Origin: Cycas panzhihuaensis
Taxonomy: Eukaryota; Plantae; Cycadophyta
Direction: 5' to 3'
NCBI GenBank assembly: GCA_023213395.1
Contig: CM041465.1
Coordinates: forward strand, 184,643,741-184,707,740
Length of the DNA stretch: 64,000 nucleotides
Shown: in pieces, positions 1-12,974 of the stretch
Layout: every line of letters starts with the position of its first letter
Numbering within the stretch: the first letter of the stretch is position 1
The notes under the pieces: model-generated
What the model saw: the letters and a program-made list of their open reading frames with translations, nothing else
Told to the model about the DNA's origin: nothing
The model's database searches: none
Translations under genes and position numbers: made by a program

Positions 1-3000
1 AGAAAGAAGTGTCATCATGGGCATGAGGAGGAATCACACCCTATGGGTGATAAAACATAAAAAGCAAACATATTTTTAAGTATTTTTAAGGATTTCATAT
101 TTTTTTTAGTTTTTACAATAATATTTACAAGTGATAATTTATACTCATGATGGAGTAAGGATCCCTTATAGGGTGAGTTCTCAACTATGGCCATGGATAC
201 AATGACAAAATAAGCCCATCATAATGATATGACCTCATTAGGGGCTAACACATGACATAGATAAAGGTAGTTTAGGCTCATTTTGGAGTAAGGTTGTATT
301 GTGTGAGGGTGAGATCTTGACAATGGCAAAGGATGGAGTGGTATGATAGGCTTAGCATGATGACATGCCTCTAGTAGGAGCAATGCACATCACAAATGAA
401 AATATTTTAGGCTCATTTTAGAATAGGTTGGTAGCTTAGGCTCATACCAGAGTATTTTCCCTTAACAAGAGCAAAGATGAGCTATAGAAACTTCCCTATT
501 AGCCCACATAGGGACCATCCAAAATGAAGAGGGGGAGTGAGGGAGCCTGGATCACATTCTAAATCAAGGGGATATATGGGTGTGAATCAATCATGAGTAA
601 TGGGTCCATCATGGGACAATAGTAACTTAGGTTCATTATTTGAATTGTAGGTAGCAGGGGCTTGATCAGAATCAAACAATATGGTCATAGAGTCTGGGAG
701 ATTCTTACACACTTTAAACCATATCGATAGTTCATGGTAGGGAAACTAAATGGGTTTTGGATCTTGATGAGGGCCTATACTATGAATAAGTAATACAAGA
801 GGAGCATAAGATAGTGTCTAAGTGAGCAATGAGTTGAGGAGCATCCCCCTGGGGAGTTTCTCAGGTAGGTGATGAAGGTGGAGGATAGCTAGGAAAGGTA
901 GGCTCTAAAAGATGATCAAGAGCCCTTATGGAAGGACCAAAGTGAGGGGAAGTATCCTCATGGGATGATTCCCCAGGTGTATATAAAATGAGAGCCACCC
1001 TTTGTGTAGGGGGCTTGTAGTCTTTAACGTCCAACTTAAGGTCACTAAGGATGATAAGGTAACTATAGATACTTACACTAATCAGAGTAAATTAGACCAA
1101 GTTGGTTTAAGGAAATGGAGGGTCTTGATTATAGTAGGAATTGGGGCCTTAAGAAAGGGCCTTGAGGGAAGGATGGGGCTCATTGAGATCATTATCTCAG
1201 GCATCAAAGATAGCTTGGCAAGTAGGTGGAGATGTTTGAGAGGGAGGGGGCTCTTAAGGTATAACTTGCACTTCTCCTTTGTAGACAAATTTGAGTTATC
1301 CCTAATACAAAGAACAAATTGCCCCCATATTATCCAATCAAGGTCATCTTAGGAGTAGGTTGTAATCAACATCAATATCAAGGACAATAATGTCAGTAGG
1401 GACATTCTTGTCTTTAAGAGTGAGTGTCTAGGTCATTATCCCTAAAGGTGCCTTCTCACTCCTATTGTATCCTTAACATTTTAAAGGGATGGGATTAAGA
1501 GCCTCGATGCCTAATTTCTCAAGCATCCAAATGGTCATGGCATTCATTGAAGAGTTATTTTCCATAATAGTCCTCTTTAGGGAAAAGTTGGGAGTTTTTA
1601 TGGTGATGGTAAAGGGGTAGTACCACTAGCACTCTTACTTATTAGTAGGTGGTAATTCATGTGGATCAAAGAAGATAGTAGGAGGGCCATGAGATTTTGT
1701 GGCCACAAATTGAATGGGTGAATCCTTTTAACTAAGAGCCTTAAGGAGTAGATCTTATTAGTTTAGGTAACTCTACAAGACGTCTATCATTAATATACCC
1801 ACAGACACAATATAGAGTTCTTCAATGATAGAGAACATATTCCCCTTACCTATGGGTTAGGAAATTACTCATCAAAAGTTGTAGTGTCCTGGTCAGACCA
1901 AAATGGTCTTAGGAACAATAAGGATCTCTATAGGGGAAGGATCCATAGGTGGTTATAATGTTGAGGCCTCTCTAGCTTCCCTAATCACTTGGACATAAGT
2001 AATTAAGTAGACCTAAGTGGTCTCCAATATTTGGATGACTCATTTGCTCTTAGTATTAAGGCATAAAGGTGGGATTTGAGCCATAGGGATATAAGGATCA
2101 ATTAAGGCCTTGCCCTTAAATTGATCAGATGGCTAACAAAGAGGGGTTCCCTTCATTTGAGGTTGGGCTCACCCCTTACCTCATTAGTTTTATTATTATG
2201 GAGGTTGGTCAGGAGTATTATGACTTAAGAAGGAATCTTAATGGATCAATTAAGCAAGGTTTGGTCTTAAAATAGATTGAGGTGGGGAGTTACAAGGTGG
2301 GGCTAGGTTAAGATGCTAAGCCCAATAATAGGTATTGTGATGGGTGCAATGACCATGAATTGAACACAACCTCTTTTTAAAAGAGGGTTTCTTTTCTTAG
2401 GAAGTCTCATGGCCAACCTTAGTGGGTCCCATGGTTTAAGTGGCCTAATATATAGGATGGTAATAATGGTAGGGAGCTTATGGCTTTAGAGTGGATTACA
2501 TGGGCTGTAATTTTAAATCTTTAAGTGCTCACTCTAAAGAGCAAATAACAGATTTAAAGGGATCCATGGTTTTGTTAGTGGTACGAATGCAGGTATTAGG
2601 AGGAGGTTAGTGGCTACTTTGGTCATGTGGAGGAGGTTGTTCCTCATGACATGGCACATTCTTATTGATCTTCTTAAGATTATCTTAGATCTCAATAGAT
2701 TCTAGGACTAAGCACTTGCCTATTATCAAATCACATGCCATTGCTGCCATCTTGAGGACCTTGGCATGGATCTTGGGGTGTAAAGTATTAATGAATATAT
2801 ATCTCTTTAAATCTTCAGGCAACATGGCCTTCAAGGAATGAAGAAGATCATAAAATTGGTGAATAAAATCTCTATTGAGTTCATCCACTCATTATTTAAG
2901 AGAGAGTAGGGCCTTAGTCCCACTCTTAAAGGGTCTTGTTATGTCAAAATAGTTGATGAATGAGTCAAATAAGTGCTAAAAGTAAACTATATATAGGGTG

Positions 3001-3599
3001 AAGAGATGATAAAACCACTTCAACATGTATCCTTAAAGCAACCTAGGAAATAGTTTCATAAGTATGTGGTCATATGCCCAATAATCGATACATACCATGG
3101 TGAATACCCTGGCATAATCGGTGGGGTCTTTTGATAAAGTGTCATCAAATTTAGGTACTTTTGGTAGATGAGGGAGTAAATTTGTTTATAGGGCTTCTAA
3201 TAAAAGAGGGATAGACCTGTAGCCCATGAAGGGTCATACCCCAAGTTGGACTAGAGGATCATATGGAGTATATGAAGGTCATAGATAATACTTAGCTCCT
3301 CCTTGAGATAGATATGGGGGGTATGTTAGATAGGGGGCATGCCCTTGTTGGTAAGGGGTGTAAGAGGAAGTGGCATGAGGTATGCCCCCTACTTGATTGG
3401 GGAAGCCATGTTGAGGTAGGAATAAGTGGGATATCAGGGTGGCTAAGAGTAACTCAAACCCTTATAAGCTTGGGTATGGTAGGAGGGGGTAACTTAGGCC
3501 TTTGCCCCTTAAGGAGTGGAAGTTAAAAAGGGTGGTACTAAGGATACCATAGGTGCCCCTTGATAGACATTGGAAGAGAGGATTAATTAGGGTGTATAA

Positions 3600-3877
3600 T
3601 ATTACAGGCCAACTCCTGTAACCACAAGATCAAAGGGAAAAGAGATTAAAAGACAAAACAGATCACCAAAAGATCACCAAAAAGGGCGCCAAAGCAAACT
3701 CTAATAGATTGTATTCAAAATATATCAAGCTTATCCTATATAAGTTGGGGGATGCCCTATTTATAAGAGGGCCACTCATTATTATATTATTTTGTCACTA
3801 AGCTACCTAATCCCATATTCTTATCCTCCTTAACCCTTAACCTTCTACTCTATTACATATAGTGTGGGGTCATTGCA
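3600..3877 (-). repeat. 3' LTR of the 3600-7414 element
   Basis: Direct repeat of 7137-7414, adjacent to the PPT. Confidence 0.9.
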
Positions 3878-6800
3878 TGCCCTCTCCCTTGAGATGCTTT
3901 GCCCTCAAAGCATCCTAATATAGATATATGTATCCATCACTTATTTCTGCCAATATGTCATAGGTAGTGGTTTGATTAAGGTGATGATGAAGAGATACCA
4001 CTCTAGAAGATGTTGTCCAACAAAGATGCATAAGTCCACATAGATGGTGATGTGGTCTCAAAAAGAGTGACTCCTTTGTTTGACTATAAAAACCAATGAA
4101 ATATAGACCCATAGTATAGTAGTATGGCAATCCACAAAGGTGAGAACCCAAATTCTCCTGTAATTTGAATGTTGATGGAGATAACTCAATGTTTACACTC
4201 CCATGTTAATCCAAAGTAAAATTTACCTCATATTCTTTATCTTCCTCTTGTTTAGCCTCTCCTTCTAGATGGGTGCTCTAGTTAGGAATGAGGGCCTCAA
4301 TATGTTGACGAAGTACAAAAGTGAAGAGGTCCCAATTTGGCCTGTAAGTGTTTTGGCACCACTCACGTGCCCACGATTGAAGGGGACCTTCCAATTATTG
4401 AACACCTAGGCAAAGCTTGTGGTATTCAGTCAAGTCATATTCTTCAAAGTATGTAAGCATGGATGCAAGCCAATCATCAAAGGTGATAGATCCATCAAGC
4501 TTAAAATAAAATAGCTCGATCCCATATTCTTCATCATTCGAATGATCCTAGTCTTATAAAACAGCTTCATCTTGCAATCCAATGTCCTGGTCATATACAT
4601 CTTCTTTTGTGGTAGCTTCAATGTCTAGACTAACTCTTATTTCTCTTTGAAGTTCCATCTTAAAAGATGCCCAATTTAGATCTGGGTGTGAGATGCACCA
4701 ATCCCAAACTGTTCAATGGAGGTCCCATTACCAAAATAGTACAGCGAACATAACTTTCACATAGTCATGCTTAAAGTAGTAAACTGTAGAATAGTCTTCA
4801 AAGAACTATTCTAAAGTGGCAACCTAGTCATGAAGTTGAATATTGCCATCCATCCTGAAGCAAACGAGGTCGAGCTCATCATTGTAGTCGAAAAAGAATT
4901 ATTCATAGTCATAATGCCAATCAAGAAGACCATATTTCTCATATGATGCAAGTAATTTCCTATCAGGCCCTGGGTCCATTTGTCCCTCGTTTTCCTTCCT
5001 TTTTATTTTACTTTTTCCTTCTTCTTTGAGGGAGTGTCTATAGCCAGTTGGTTCCCTTAATGTTATAGCCTCAAGAGCAATGGTATACAAGCCAAAGTCT
5101 GAACAACCAAAAGATATAAACCATAAGACTCAACTTTAACTATTAATATCTATTGCAAAAAATATCCAAACAAAACCATATAATAGTCTAAATCGAAGCC
5201 CTTAAAGCAAAAAACTCGATAAAACTGACAAGGCTAAATTCTGAACCCATATGATAAAGATATGCTAAAATAGTGTAACAGAAGTTAGACCACTTTAAAA
5301 AAATCACTTCAAATCTCTATGTAACCACCCATTGACACTAGAAGGCCATATTTAAGCATAATATAAAATCCAACTTGATTTTTATAAAACTTTACAAACC
5401 TTAAGCCTAATATTTGAAATCTGCCACTTCCACTAGGGTCCGCTCATCATCGCCACTGTCCAGTGATCATTTTCAAGGTTGCAGTTTAATAATCACTAAA
5501 TGAATCTCTCTCTTGTATATTACTGGCACGAAGATGATAATGACCATGGTTGTCAAACAAGGCATCGCTACTAGTGGCAAATTTGCAACAATCCATCGAC
5601 ATAGGTAAAATATTTGTCACCTATCGAGCACACAACTCTTCCTCATTATGTATGGCTCAGGCAAGGGGTTTCCATGGCAACTATAGCCATATCATTCCAT
5701 GTAGATAAGTGCCAGTCATATCTCTATGGCCTTTTTACTAAGTCATTGTGCACCCACAACTTTCAATCCATAATGCAGAATGGAGTTCTGAGTATTGGTC
5801 AATGGACAACTTGAATTATTGCATAGAAGAAATCACTAGAGATAGACACAACCTAAATCCTGGCTCTATTGCATAATTGTGAGATAATGCCCCTTAACTA
5901 CTCTTCATTTGTGTGCCTATTATGTAACCTTACTGAAGGGTAAAGTTACCATCAATGCTCTGCAGAAATTACAAGGTTGTATCTATTGTTTTCACTGTCA
6001 AAGCAATGACGACTCAACTATCACCTTCTCTCTTTATGCGGAGGTCATAGCAAATCAGGCAAATTAACAATGGGTAATAGTAACTAGTTGCTTACGCTTG
6101 TCTGAGCCTAGTACATGCAAAGTAAGGGTTTTACTACTTTGAATTTAAGCCCGTCAGAAATCAGATGAAGGCTGGATGGAGATCAAGTTATGATACATGC
6201 AGATGGAATCCTCAGTAGCACAAGTGTTCATTATCCATGGGAGAGACACAACGTTTCTCCCTCATCTGGCTCATACTTAAAACATTTTTGACCAGAAGAA
6301 CTGATACACTTGAATGCCCCCCCCTCAAATGGTTAAAGAGCCACATTCACCCCTAATTTCTTTACCTATCAGAAACTGTGCAGATACCCAATTCATGTAT
6401 AGTGTTGGCTCCTACGTTGTTGCCTACTAAGAAGTAGTTGGTGACGTCTACAAGGTGGGAGTTGAGCCACAGTTCCAACGATCCCTCAATGCTCCATATG
6501 TGTGATGTTATCCCACGATCAAGTGAAGAATGACCAGCTGAACTCTACAAGTTCCTCCCACCAACGATGTAACTCTTAACAACAAACATGAAGAAGTGAT
6601 TAGGAAGGATGCAACTCTTAATAGTAGTCTTGATCTCTATCTAACATCAATCGAATACTTTTAGACTAGCAATCGTATGCAAGAATTTCTATAGACCCTT
6701 GAATCAACAACATCGTAAATGATATGACTGGCTCAATAGAGATAATTTATAGTTGAGGTGCAAGTGTTGCTTATGAAGAGGTTAGAGTAGCTACAAATAA

Positions 6801-7136
6801 AGCATCAACATAATCCACAGATTATAAGCAACTCACTCTTAAGGTTTGTACATAAACCTTACTATTTGGATCTTGGACTGAGTAAACCCTTCAACAAGGA
6901 TTACTCTTCTGTATCTACGATAAACCAGGAGGAAGGAAAAGAATTTGCCCTTGTCTAGCTCTGATAGATCAAAATGGCTCTGGTACGAATCGATGCTAGC
7001 TCTGGTTGGGATCAGAAATGACTTTGTAAACTCTTCAACAAGCTTGCTAATCCTCTAGTGATATTGTGTCTTCATCACCTACAGTAAATATGGAGGAAAC
7101 TAAAAAAGTTGCCCTTCTCTTGGCTCTGATACCACC

Positions 7137-7414
7137 TATTATAGGCCAACTCCTATAACCACAAGATCAAAGGGAAAAGAGGCTAAAAGACAAAACAGAT
7201 CACCAAAAGATCACCAAAAGGGGCGCCAAAGCAAACCCTACTAGATTGTATTCAAAATATATCAAGCTTGTCCTACATAAGTTGGGGGATGCCCTATTTA
7301 TAAGAGGGCCACTCATTATTATATTATTTTGCTGCTAAGCTACCCAATCCTATATTCTTATCCTCCTTAACCCTTAACCTTCTACTCTATTACATATAGT
7401 GTGGGGTCATTACA
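7137..7414 (-). repeat. 5' LTR of the 3600-7414 element
   Basis: Direct repeat of 3600-3877, adjacent to the Met PBS. Confidence 0.9.
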
Positions 7415-8475
7415 TATAAGAGGAAGGATGTGGTAAGGAGTTCTGCCCAAATGGCCCCCAAATAGGGGGAGCTACCCCATAAGTAGGGAGAGGGTGAGAT
7501 CCCCCATGCTCCCATTGTTGGGACGTATATCCTAATGAAAGATACAATGAAGGGTCCACATGATATAGATAAGGGCAAATAAATAGTCTTCCACCATATC
7601 CTATGTAGTAAGGATGAGGAGGAATGGATGGAATAACAAGAGGAACTAAGACCATTCTTGGGTGGGGGATTATGGTTTACAATGGTGGAATAATAGAAGT
7701 TAATTAGGAAGCATGGGGATAGCTTAGGAAAGGGTCTAAGTTAAATTAGGTCCTCCTCCAAGTGGGGTGTTTGTAGTAATAGATGAAGTAGTCTCATTTT
7801 AAGGAAGTGAAGTAGTAGTTTGGGTAGAAATGAGAAGAGGGAGTGATGCAAAGGTCATATAAGTAATGAACAATAATCGTTAGGACTAAACAGGGGAAAC
7901 CTCTCTTGTTGCTGACTCAAAATGGACACGTCAAGCCTTTATCATATCCCATGATAGAGTGTGGATTTGATTAAAAGGGATAACATGTCCACCTTACTGA
8001 CCTAGGTGAATGGGAAAGGGAGGAGGGACCTATTCAGGATCTTGAGCAAGATCTAGAAAGGTGATGCCCCTAATTATGTATGCATGTGAGCCAACCGAGT
8101 TTTGGTGGAACTCCTTGGTCTCATGAGAAGTATGTGTACCTACATGTGTAAGATCTTTGTATGAGTATGGCACCTCATGTTGGGGCCAATCATGGGCATA
8201 ATGGTCAAATGCCCACTCAGAGTGATGCCTATCATGGGTGACCCTTAGTTACTTAAGGAAATGGAGGTGTATACAGGGTCTATTTTCATAGGTAGAAGAT
8301 CATATAAGTAACAAGAGAATTGTTGCATTCCAGATCTAAGTGATGAATCAAAAGGGGTCCTTATGCAACTTTAATTAAACACCCCATTTAGAAATCAAGA
8401 ATGAAAAGAGTGTAAAGGAAAAGCCTAGATGTACTAAGTGACTTTCAACTAGTGAGTCCCCAGAATAGTTATCAG

Positions 8476-9450
8476 TGAAACATACAAGAGGGGCAGTAGA
8501 TCATAAGCAACAAACCTAACAACAAAAGACTAGCATGTAGAAGGCAAATGTATAGGGTAAAGGTGAGATAAATCCCTACTCAAGGTGCTTGTGCACCTCT
8601 TGGATGCAGATATAAAGGCATATTATGCTTTTAGACATTTAGGAGAAAGGATAGACTAGAGTAACATAGATGTTTTCATATGTATATGAATGGATCGAGT
8701 TTATTAGTAGTAGGGGTTTAAGGTAAGATATAAAGGGAAATGCACACCTATGTACATCTATATGCTCTTTTCATTTAATGGAAACAAAGAGTTACCCTAA
8801 CTGGAGATGTAATATCATCCCATAATTTTAAGGACTCGCAACAATGTGATCCCTTCCTTTGTTTAGACTTTTAATAAAAACATGCGATGACTATTTAATA
8901 GAATGATAATAAAATGCAATGTACACAAGAAAAGAAGATGAAGGTGCTTCTTTTTTGGGGGGAATTTTATGCTTTCTTCTTTTTTCTATTTTTCTATTTT
9001 TTATTTTTTTGCCTAAGAGGGAAGATGATGAACAAAAGACTAAAAGGGAAGGAACCTACTTTCTCTCTCTCTTTTTTTTTCTTTAAAAGGAGAGAGAGAG
9101 AGAGAGAGCTACATAAAAAGGAATAACTTCTTTATCTTTTATTTTCCTTTATTTTTTTATCCTTTTATAAAGAAAAGGGAATAAAAGGGGTGTAAAATAA
9201 AGAACCTATCTAAGTTTCTTTTCACCCTTTCCTTTAATTTATTTTAGTTTTTTCCTTTATCTCTTTTTATGCTTAAAAGAAAATAGGTCAAGATGAGAGA
9301 AAGAGAGCATACATAGGAATGATGAGATGCACTCCTTTGATGATATTGAGCTAGAAGAGTGACTTAAATAGAAACATATATATTCTACTATGTAAAGTTA
9401 AATGAAAAATTTATCAGCATTTTTGCTTACCAGATATACTTATGATATAG
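8476..9450 (-). repeat. Putative 5' LTR of the Tat/Ogre-like element (right boundary uncertain)
   Basis: Starts with TG next to the degenerate PBS. Shares patches of similarity with 62600-63100 (e.g. CAAGGTGCTTGTGCACCTCTTGGATGCA vs CAAGGTGCTCATGTGTTTCTTGGTCGCA; TGTGATCCCTTCCTTTGTTTAG vs TGTGATCTTTCCTTTTATTTAG). Partner LTR is not in the window. Confidence 0.4.
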
Positions 9451-10899
9451 AGAAACTTTATGCCAATGACTCAAAATGAAGAAGCATAAGCTCAACCATA
9501 TGAGTTAGCTTACCTTTTGTGAGTCTTTGCTAAAGTGAGAGTTTAGTGAATGGCTCGAGGTCTTAGTTAGTGGTGGGGGAATAACTTGATCTCCCATTCC
9601 TTGCGATAGAGCAAGCACTATTTCTACAAGGTAATTACTAACAAAAGAGCATAACCATACACATGTAATTCCTCCAATAAATAGTAATATCAAAAGTAAG
9701 CTAAAGGAATATATAATTCAACCAGTAAAGGAGGAGGAGATAGAGCCTCAAATTGGTTTAATGTATACAAAATATGGTAAGTTCCCCAAGCTATACTTAG
9801 GTGCTACCTCCCCTTATAATAACCTTTGAGACCAATAGAGTATAGAATGGAAAAAAAGACAAGGATAAGGGATACTAAAAGGAACAAATTATCAAGTAAA
9901 GGCTAGTTTATCAGGTGGAATAAAATAAAGTACAAACAAAAGATAACATCTAAAACAACAACTTATGAATTGCAAAAGGAGGAGGTTTACCTCTTTCTTA
10001 TATAGTGGAGGTAGCTAATAGTTATAGAAACTCCACTTCAAGGCTCTCTTTTACTAGTGGAAGTGAGTATCTCCAAGGATGTAATTAACTAGTGGTGGTG
10101 TAGATCAATGGTGCTTAATTCTCATAGAATTTTAGTAGTATAATAATGTAGTATCATCTATCAACTTGATGTCTTCCTCTAATGGAAAAAATACAGGGAT
10201 TTATAGATGAAGGCAGAGGAGACAAGGGTGGTTTTTATCCTAGAGTATGGGAGAAAACAAGAGGATAAATCCATAAGTCATGCTCATGGATTTAGACTAA
10301 AACCACATGGGAATAAGAAATTTATGTGTGATTTAGCCTCTTGGGGCACCCAAATTTGACAAGCATTGATCTACGGCTAACACAAGCTACCCAAGACTAA
10401 TAGGGCTATATTGATGAGCTAACTATCATCATGAGGATCAAGTATAGGTAGATGATAATTGTATTACAAATATATTTATGGTATTATGAAATCATTCACA
10501 ATATGGTGAAATCATTTGTAATACTGTGAAATCATTCATAATACTACTATAACAAGAAAAACACACAAAACTTTTGTAATAGACAAGCATTTTCAATGAA
10601 AAACATATGTAAACATGCCAATAACTCACCAATAAAGAAATTTAGATGTAGATATAGTCAAGAAGAAGCAACTAACAATGGAAAAAAGAATAATCAATAG
10701 ATCAAAATAAGACTAAAAGGGCATTACAAGGGGGTGAGGGTGGGGGGGTGTGAGGGTGTGGGGTGTAAACACCTTTTCCAACTCAAGAAGCCTGATGGGT
10801 GGACTAATGGCCAATGAAGGAGGTCATACTCATCATCAGATAAGGTAAACATGGCTCACCATATAGAATAAACAAGCAAGTAAAGATATACACTCGTTA

Positions 10900-12104
10900 T
10901 CTATGATCATGATATATAAATCTAATGAGGTATAAAGAGTAATGAATCATACCTCTACTTACCTATTTGTTGTAGTGTCTATTCCATTCTTGGGAGTTAG
11001 GAAATAGTATATTACTCAAATGCCTCATAATAATAGAAGCATGGGCCATCTTGGAAGAGTTCCATACTAAGATGTATGGAGGTGATTTTTCTATTGATGT
11101 TACTACATGTAAAACTTTAAGGGTTGATTTTTACTGGCCTACTATATTTCAAGATTCCTATTTGAAGTTTAAGAATTGTGAGATATGTTGGAATTTTATA
11201 GGTAAATAAAAATTAAGTGATATACCTTTAAACATAGTATATGTAGATCACTTTGAACATAGTATATGTAGATCAACCATTTAAAAATCGGGGATTAGAC
11301 TTCATAGGTCCCATAAATCCCACGTATAATAAATGGTATATATTCATCCTCACATCCATAGACTATTTTACAAGATGGGTTGAAGTTGTGGCTACTAAAA
11401 TGGCTATTAGCAAAGTAGTTACTAACTTTCTACAGGAAATAATTATACCTATATTTAGTGTGCCACCCTTTTTAGTCTGTAACAATAGCGTTGTATTCAA
11501 CTAAAATGAAATGGCTAAGTTCTATTAAGAATATGATATATGTTTATGTAGCTCTTTAAATTACTATCCATAAAGAAGTAGTCTTACAGAGCTGACAAAT
11601 AAAATACTTGTTAGAATCCTAAAGAGTATGATAAATCAAAGCTAGATATATTGATACTTAAAGTTGCAGTTAGCTCTCTATATAGATCAAAACATTATAA
11701 AGGAAGATTTAGCCTATCCACCATTTATTTTTAATACATTAGAATTAATAGATCTTGAGGAGAATAATTAGAATATTATTAATAGTAGGATACACTAACT
11801 TCTAAAGTTAGAGGAGGAATGAAGTGAATCCCATAATATTTTTCTCTCTCATTAAGACAAGGTTAAAAGGTTCTTTAATAGTAAACACACACAACATAAA
11901 ATCTTCAACGTTGGTGACCAAGTACTAATGTGGGACAAAGCTAGGGAAAAACCTAACACTCATAAGAAATTTAACTCACTTTGGTTTAGACCATTTGTTA
12001 TAATAAGTGTACTAGGAAATAATGCATACAAGTTAAAGGGTCCCCAAGAAATGCCTATTCTAGTAAATGGAAGATATTTATAGTTTTATTATCATGGAGG
12101 TTAA
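10900..12104 (+). pseudogene. Ty3/Gypsy (Tat-like) integrase remnant
   Basis: Zinc-finger region HTKMYGGDFSIDVTTCKTLRVDFYWPTIFQDSYLKFKNCEICWNF (~11063-11200). Core QPFKNRGLDFIGPINP...ILTSIDYFTRWVEVV (ORF 11253-11504). C-terminal FNVGDQVLMWD...KFNSLWFRPFVI...NAYKL (GPY/F-like). Contains many stops and a 25-bp tandem duplication at 11226-11275. Confidence 0.88.
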
Positions 12105-12667
12105 GGTCCCAAAGACCCTAGTATTACCCAATATAATATATATTATACATACCTATATTATTTTAAGTTTAGTTTATTGTTGTATTTATGTCACTATAAA
12201 GTAATAGTATAGGAACATACTTCTAATTTATCATAGGGATTTCTCAAAAGTAAGGAGGCTTATGTCACCCTCTAAAGATGTAACAATTTCAAAATAGTTG
12301 ATATGAGCTAAGGAAAAGGTTGATAAATAAAATTATATACTTTATTTATTTTGTTGTGAAGATGATGTTAGTATCCAAGTCACCTTGATATAATTAAATT
12401 TTATTCTTAGATCTTAGTATTCATATTTATTAAATGGAGGTAGTAGTTTGATAACACAGATTAGAATAGAAATGATAAGGCTCACTTGAATGAAAAGGGC
12501 AGTATACCAGGAGTCATAAATAGTTTGAAAGAACATGTCCTTATAGTGTACTTTTGCATGGGGGAGAGTTGAAGTACTTCACGATCAAAGGAAAAGAGTT
12601 ATATATGGGAGACCATCACATGGAAATGGTTTGTGCTGGCAAAAGGAAATGAATTATCCCATGTTTT

Positions 12668-12974
12668 TAATGGAATCAGGGGATAAAGGGAGCAAAATGA
12701 CAATGCAAGAAAAGGGAGAACCATCAATCCATAAGGATGGTGGTATTGATGAACACCAATGTCATTGGATCCCATGAATACATTAGTACGAATGAAAGGG
12801 ATTTGGCATGTCTCTCAAAGTCTACCACCAATTAACATTGATAAATGTCTAACATGTTGTTGTCCATGCCTAACATGTTGTTGCCATAATATCTCTACTA
12901 ATCTAGGTTATCACCCCAATGTGAGTAATCAACCCAAGGTGGATAGAAGCCCTAATATAGGTATTATTTTAATG
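12668..12974 (-). repeat. 3' LTR of the old Copia
   Basis: Collinear with 30660-30966 over 307 bp. Confidence 0.85.

Larger units (their letters stand above)
3600..7414 (-). mobile_element. Non-autonomous LTR retrotransposon (3.8 kb) with only a degenerate gag-like remnant (TR-GAG/LARD-like)
   Basis: 278-bp direct repeats at 3600-3877 and 7137-7414 (~15 mismatches by eye). TSD TATAA at 3595-3599 and 7415-7419. tRNA-iMet PBS (TGGTATCAGAGCCA on - strand) at 7121-7134. PPT (AAGGGAGAGGGCA on - strand) right after 3877. Gag-like remnant MLTYFEEYDLTEYHKLCLGVQ*LEG...WAREWCQNTYRPNWDLFTFVLRQHI at ~4290-4460. No RT or integrase motifs seen. Confidence 0.9.
1..8474 (-). mobile_element. Decayed Ty3/Gypsy (Tat/Ogre-like) retrotransposon, gag-protease region. 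Interrupted by the 3600-7414 insertion; its 3' part lies left of the window.
   Basis: Minus strand ~1310-1480 reads GYNRSEKAPLGIMT*TLTLKDKNVPTDIIVLDIDVDYNLLLR*P*LDNMGAIC, matching the retroviral-type aspartic protease YNLLLGRPW motif. Gag-like ORF 2685-2888 (RDFIHQFYDLLHSL...YIFINTLHPKI). 8456-8474 GTCCCCAGAATAGTTATCA resembles a deaminated reverse complement of the tRNA-Arg PBS TGGCGACTCCACTGGGGAC. Confidence 0.7.

Noticed and set aside
5560-6080. Long + strand frame if stops are read as deaminated Gln/Arg codons
   Set aside because: Any stop codon can be rationalised that way; no recognisable homology
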